Source of the DNA: Malacoraja senta
Lineage: Eukaryota
Direction: 5' to 3'
NCBI GenBank assembly: GCA_038087875.1
Contig: JAXLNO010000136.1
Coordinates: 124,001-163,295 of the forward strand
Length of the DNA: 39,295 bases
In this document: positions 36,217 through 39,295 of the stretch, one piece after another
Numbering within the stretch: the stretch's first letter is position 1
How the letters are laid out: each line of letters opens with the position of its first letter
Made by a program: the position numbers and the translations under genes
Notes under the pieces: model-generated
The model's input: the letters and a program-made list of their open reading frames with translations, nothing else
The model's database searches: none
What the model was told of the DNA's origin: nothing

Positions 36217-36957
36217 CAAGATGGCGGCGCCTCGCGCCAGCGGCATCTGCAGTCCGTCTGTCTTTTTTTTCTTTTTGTCATGTTAGGTGGATGTCTTCGT
36301 TTTAGTTTTAGAAACATTTTAATCTCTTCCCTGTACGGGGACCCGATTTTTCCTTGTCGAGTCTCCGTTGTCGTTGGGCCTAACACCGTGGAGCCGGCGG
36401 CCTCCAATCGGAATCGACCTGGAGCCTGCGGACTTACCATCGCGGAGCTTGCCGACTTCAGAGTGCGGAGCGCTGTTGTGGCGCGCGGCTGCGACCCGAC
36501 TTCGGAGCTTGGAGGCTTCGGCTGCAGGCCCTGTGGTCGGTGACATCGGGAGCTCGCGGGTCCCAGGTAGGAGACCGCTTTTCGGAGCTCCCGCAACGGT
36601 AAACTTCGCCCGCCGAATCGAGGTGTTTAAATCGACCCGGAGCGGAGCCTTACATCGCCCGGCGCAGCTTATACGGACGCGGGATTTACCGTCGCCCGCC
36701 GGGGGCTCAAACATCAAGAGCCTCGATAAGCTCGATGCAGCAGTATAACTGCATGACTGCGGGAGAAAAATAAGATCAGAGAACAGGGAAGAGATAAGAC
36801 TTGTGCCTTCCATCACAGCGAGGAGGTGTTTGGGGATTCACTGCGATGATTGTTTGTGTGGAATTATGTTCATTGTGTGTTTTTTTGTTGTTATGACTGC
36901 AGAAAACGTAATTTCGTTTGAACCTATGTTTAAATGAGAATAAACGGCATTCTGATT
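36217..36957 (+). mobile_element. Non-coding, non-autonomous retroelement (element B) with Rex1/Babar-like 3' tail
   Basis: Head CAAGATGGCGGCGCC, CpG-rich body, tail AATTTCGTTTG...AAATGAGAATAAACGGC-ATTCTGATT. Tail family assigned from memory of fish Rex1/Babar ends. No convincing TSD. Confidence 0.65.
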
Positions 36958-37414
36958 ACTTTCAGAAGCCATTGGTTGTCCTCCAGGATACACCAAGCCG
37001 CAGCCTGATCTATGCCGGTCACCTGGGCACAGAGACTCTCACGGCAGCGGCGCAATACTTCCGACGCCTCCGACGGCCCAGGAATCTTGCACTGAGGCAG
37101 CTCCATGGCTGAAGCTGCACGAGTGACTCGCCAGCCCGGCAAACACTCGCCAGCCCGACAAACACTCGGGAGCCCTGGGTTCCCTTCCGCATCTGTCTGC
37201 GCCGCTGCTTCTGCTTTCATCCCTCCCTCCGCCCCGGCCATCCAACACCCGCGGCCCATGCAGTGGATATTATTTTTGAAATTTTCGTTGATCACAGAAT
37301 TTCTCACGATAGAGCGTGAGAAATTTGTGATCAGCGTGAGAATTTGGCCAAATGCGTGATTCTCACGCTCAATGCGTGATTCTCACGCTCAATGCGTGAG
37401 AGTTGGCAGCCCTG
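36958..37414. mobile_element. One end of a probable hAT-like DNA transposon (single TIR plus subterminal repeats); left boundary uncertain
   Basis: Ends ...GAGTTGGCAGCCCTG (reverse complement CAGGGCTGCCAACTC, hAT-type TIR), preceded by clustered CTCACG/CGTGAG motifs in both orientations. No partner TIR seen. Confidence 0.6.
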
Positions 37415-37416
37415 CA

Positions 37417-37480
37417 TCAACTATTCCATCACTCCATGGATGCTGCCTCACCCGCTGAGTTTCTCCAGCATTTTTGTCTG
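37417..37480 (+). repeat. Short structured repeat fragment, probably the segment that follows the minimal hammerhead in elasmobranch Penelope-associated repeats
   Basis: GATGCTGCCTCACCCGCTGAGTTTCTCCAGCATTTTTGTCT folds as nested stems ATGCTG/CAGCAT and CTCA/TGAG. Family assignment is from recall. Confidence 0.5.
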
Positions 37481-37800
37481 CCTTCTTGTACAGGTCACCT
37501 CGGCTCCAGCAAGGTTCTCAGCGGTCCCACAATCTGAATGGCTGCCCCTTCCACCAACTCCGCAACCAGGCCTTCACCTGTTCCCCCTTCTTGTTCTTGC
37601 CCTCAGCAGCATGTTGCACCAGGAACAATCTGGAGAGTACTACCCCTCCCCCCACCCTCGTGGTCCTGTTCTTAAACCATTTGCCTTGTTCCCCGTATAC
37701 ATCCTGTTTCTGTGGGTGCTCATCCGACCTACAGTAGATAATTTCTGTCAGAGCAGACCTGGCGGCACCCGTCCCCATTGAGAATGATCTGCAAGCCTAG
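37480..37800 (-). pseudogene. CR1 ORF1 SGNH-esterase-domain fragment, degraded
   Basis: Minus strand reads ...GKWFKNRTTRV..VVLSRLFLVQHAAEGKNKKGEQVKAWLRSWWKGQPFRLWDR*EPCWSRGDLYKK, resembling the CR1 ORF1 esterase pattern VVISGLLPVP...NAWLRSWC...GFRF..HW..FWGRGDLYK.DGLHL. Confidence 0.75.
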
Positions 37801-37804
37801 TATT

Positions 37805-39210
37805 TTCTCACATGTCAGTCCCGCCATCCCAGGGATCAATCTCGTGAACCTACGCTGCACTGCCTCGATCACAAGGATGTCCTTCCTCAAATTAGGAGAC
37901 CAAAACTGTACACAATACTCCAGATCTGGTCTTACCAGAGCCCTATACAACTGCAGAAGTACAAGGACACCCATATCTCGATTTACCTCCCCCTTGCCTA
38001 ACCTAACCCCATTGAGATAATAATCTGCCCCCTTGTTTTTGCCGCCAAAGTAGATAACCTCACATTTATCTATATTATACTGCATCTGCTACGCATCTGC
38101 CCACTCACTTAACCTGTCCAGATCACCCTGCAACCTCTTAACATCCTCTTCGCAGTTCACACTGCCACTCAGCTTTGTGTCATCCGCAAACTTGCTAGTG
38201 TTGCTCATAATTCCCCAACACCGAGCCTTGCGGCACTACTCGCCACTGCCTGCCATTCAGAAAAGGACCCATTCACTCCTACTCTTTGCTTCCTGTCTGC
38301 CAACCAATTTTCTATCCATGTCAACACCGTACCCCCAATACCATGTGCTCGAAATTTAGTCACCAGTCTCCCATGCGGGAACTTAGCACTACATCCACTG
38401 GCTCCCTTTCATCCATTTTACTTGTCACATCCTTTAAAAAATCCAGAAGATTAGTCAAGCATGATTTCCCTTTCATAAATCCATGTTGACTTGGACTAAT
38501 CCTTTTACTGCTATCCAAATGCCCCATGATTACCTATTTACTAATTGACGCCAGCAGCTTTCCCACCACCGAAGTCAGGCTAACTGGTCTGTAATTCCCC
38601 GTTTTATCTCTCGCTCCTTTCTTGAAAAGTGGGATAACGTTAGCTATCCTCCAATCCAAAGGAAATGATCCTGAATCGATCGAACATTGGAAAATAATTA
38701 CCAATGCGTCCACTATTTCTCGAGCCACCTCCCTGAGGACCCTGGGATGCAGACCATCAGGCCCAGGGGGATTTATCAACCTTCAGACCCATTAGCCTAC
38801 CCAATACTATTTCTCGCCTAATGAAAATTTATTTCAGTTCCTCTACCCCCTTAGATCCTCTGTCCTCCAGTACATCTGGGAGATTGTTTGTGTCTTTCTC
38901 AGTGAAGACAGATCCGAAGTACCTGTTCAACTCTTATGCCATTTCCCTGTTACCCATAATAATTTTACCCGTGTCTGCCTTCAAGGGACCCACATTTGAC
39001 TTTCCTACTCTTTTACCCTTAACAAGAAGCTTTTACTGTCCTTCTTTATATTCCTGGCCAGCTTCCCTTCGTAGTTCATCTTTTCAGCCGTATAGCTCGA
39101 TATGAAAGTTTCCCAATTCTCTGGCTTCCGGGTACTCTTTGCTAGTTATACATCTTTTCATTTAGTTTTATTCTATCCCTAACTTATCTTGTCAGCCACC
39201 GTTGCCTCAT
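37805..39210 (-). mobile_element. CR1 LINE ORF2 (RT) fragment with internal deletions
   Basis: PGPDGLHPRVLRE...DWRIANVIPLFKKG...NYRPVSLTSVVGKLL (38534-38779) and [11 protein letters not shown]...[19 protein letters not shown]...[11 protein letters not shown] (37805-38085). Confidence 0.93.
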
Positions 39211-39295
39211 AATCCCCTCTAAATCCCTCTGACCCCTCTAAACCCCTCGAAACCCCCTGTAAACCCCTCTAAACCCTCTAAACCACTCTAAACAC
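39211..39295 (-). repeat. 10-bp repeat in inverted (C-rich) orientation, running off the right edge
   Basis: (CCCCTCTAAA)n, the reverse complement of the GGGGTTTAGA array. Confidence 0.9.

Larger units (their letters stand above)
23148..36386. repeat. 6.6-kb direct tandem duplication: 23148-29743 and 29758-36386, separated by a 14-bp insert
   Basis: Matching ORFs at offsets 6643-6645 (25489/32134, 26335/32980, 29272/35915). L1, the 10-mer array and the CR1 tail are all copied with shared variants. Confidence 0.95.

Noticed and set aside
29758..36386. L1 3' transduction or independent second insertion
   Set aside because: No terminal poly(A) or TSD after the duplicated flank, and the source ORF2 was already dead. 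The head-to-tail geometry with a templated junction fits DNA-level duplication.
36930..37307. Transposase ORF inside the hAT-like remnant
   Set aside because: I could not identify a BED finger or DDE/dimerisation motif.
37480..37781. Host exon after an apparent splice acceptor (CCTTCTTGTACAG)
   Set aside because: Better explained as the antisense of a CR1 ORF1 esterase fragment; plus-strand translations have no recognisable features.

Overview
Eukaryotic, fully repetitive heterochromatin-type window with no intact host gene. The repeat families point to a vertebrate, probably a skate, ray or shark (inference). Bases 1-21120 are a CpG-rich 20-bp satellite (consensus TCCGGCAAGGTCGCCAYAWW) with kb-scale higher-order structure; all ORFs called there are translation artefacts. 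It is interrupted twice by the same 855-bp non-coding retroelement (element A). From 21121 a degenerate G-rich 10-bp telomere-like repeat (GGGGTTTASA) hosts a full-length but inactivated L1 (about 21650-27995). A 6.6-kb block (L1 ORF2, 10-mer array, CR1 tail, head of element B) is tandemly duplicated at the DNA level, and the junction carries a templated fold-back insertion. The right end is a nest of CR1 pieces, a hAT-like terminus and non-coding element B, ending in the 10-mer array in the opposite orientation. No new protein-coding system is supported. The most novel lead is that A and B appear to be one modular non-autonomous retroelement family: shared non-tRNA head, covarying internal stem-loop, but different LINE-like 3' tails.
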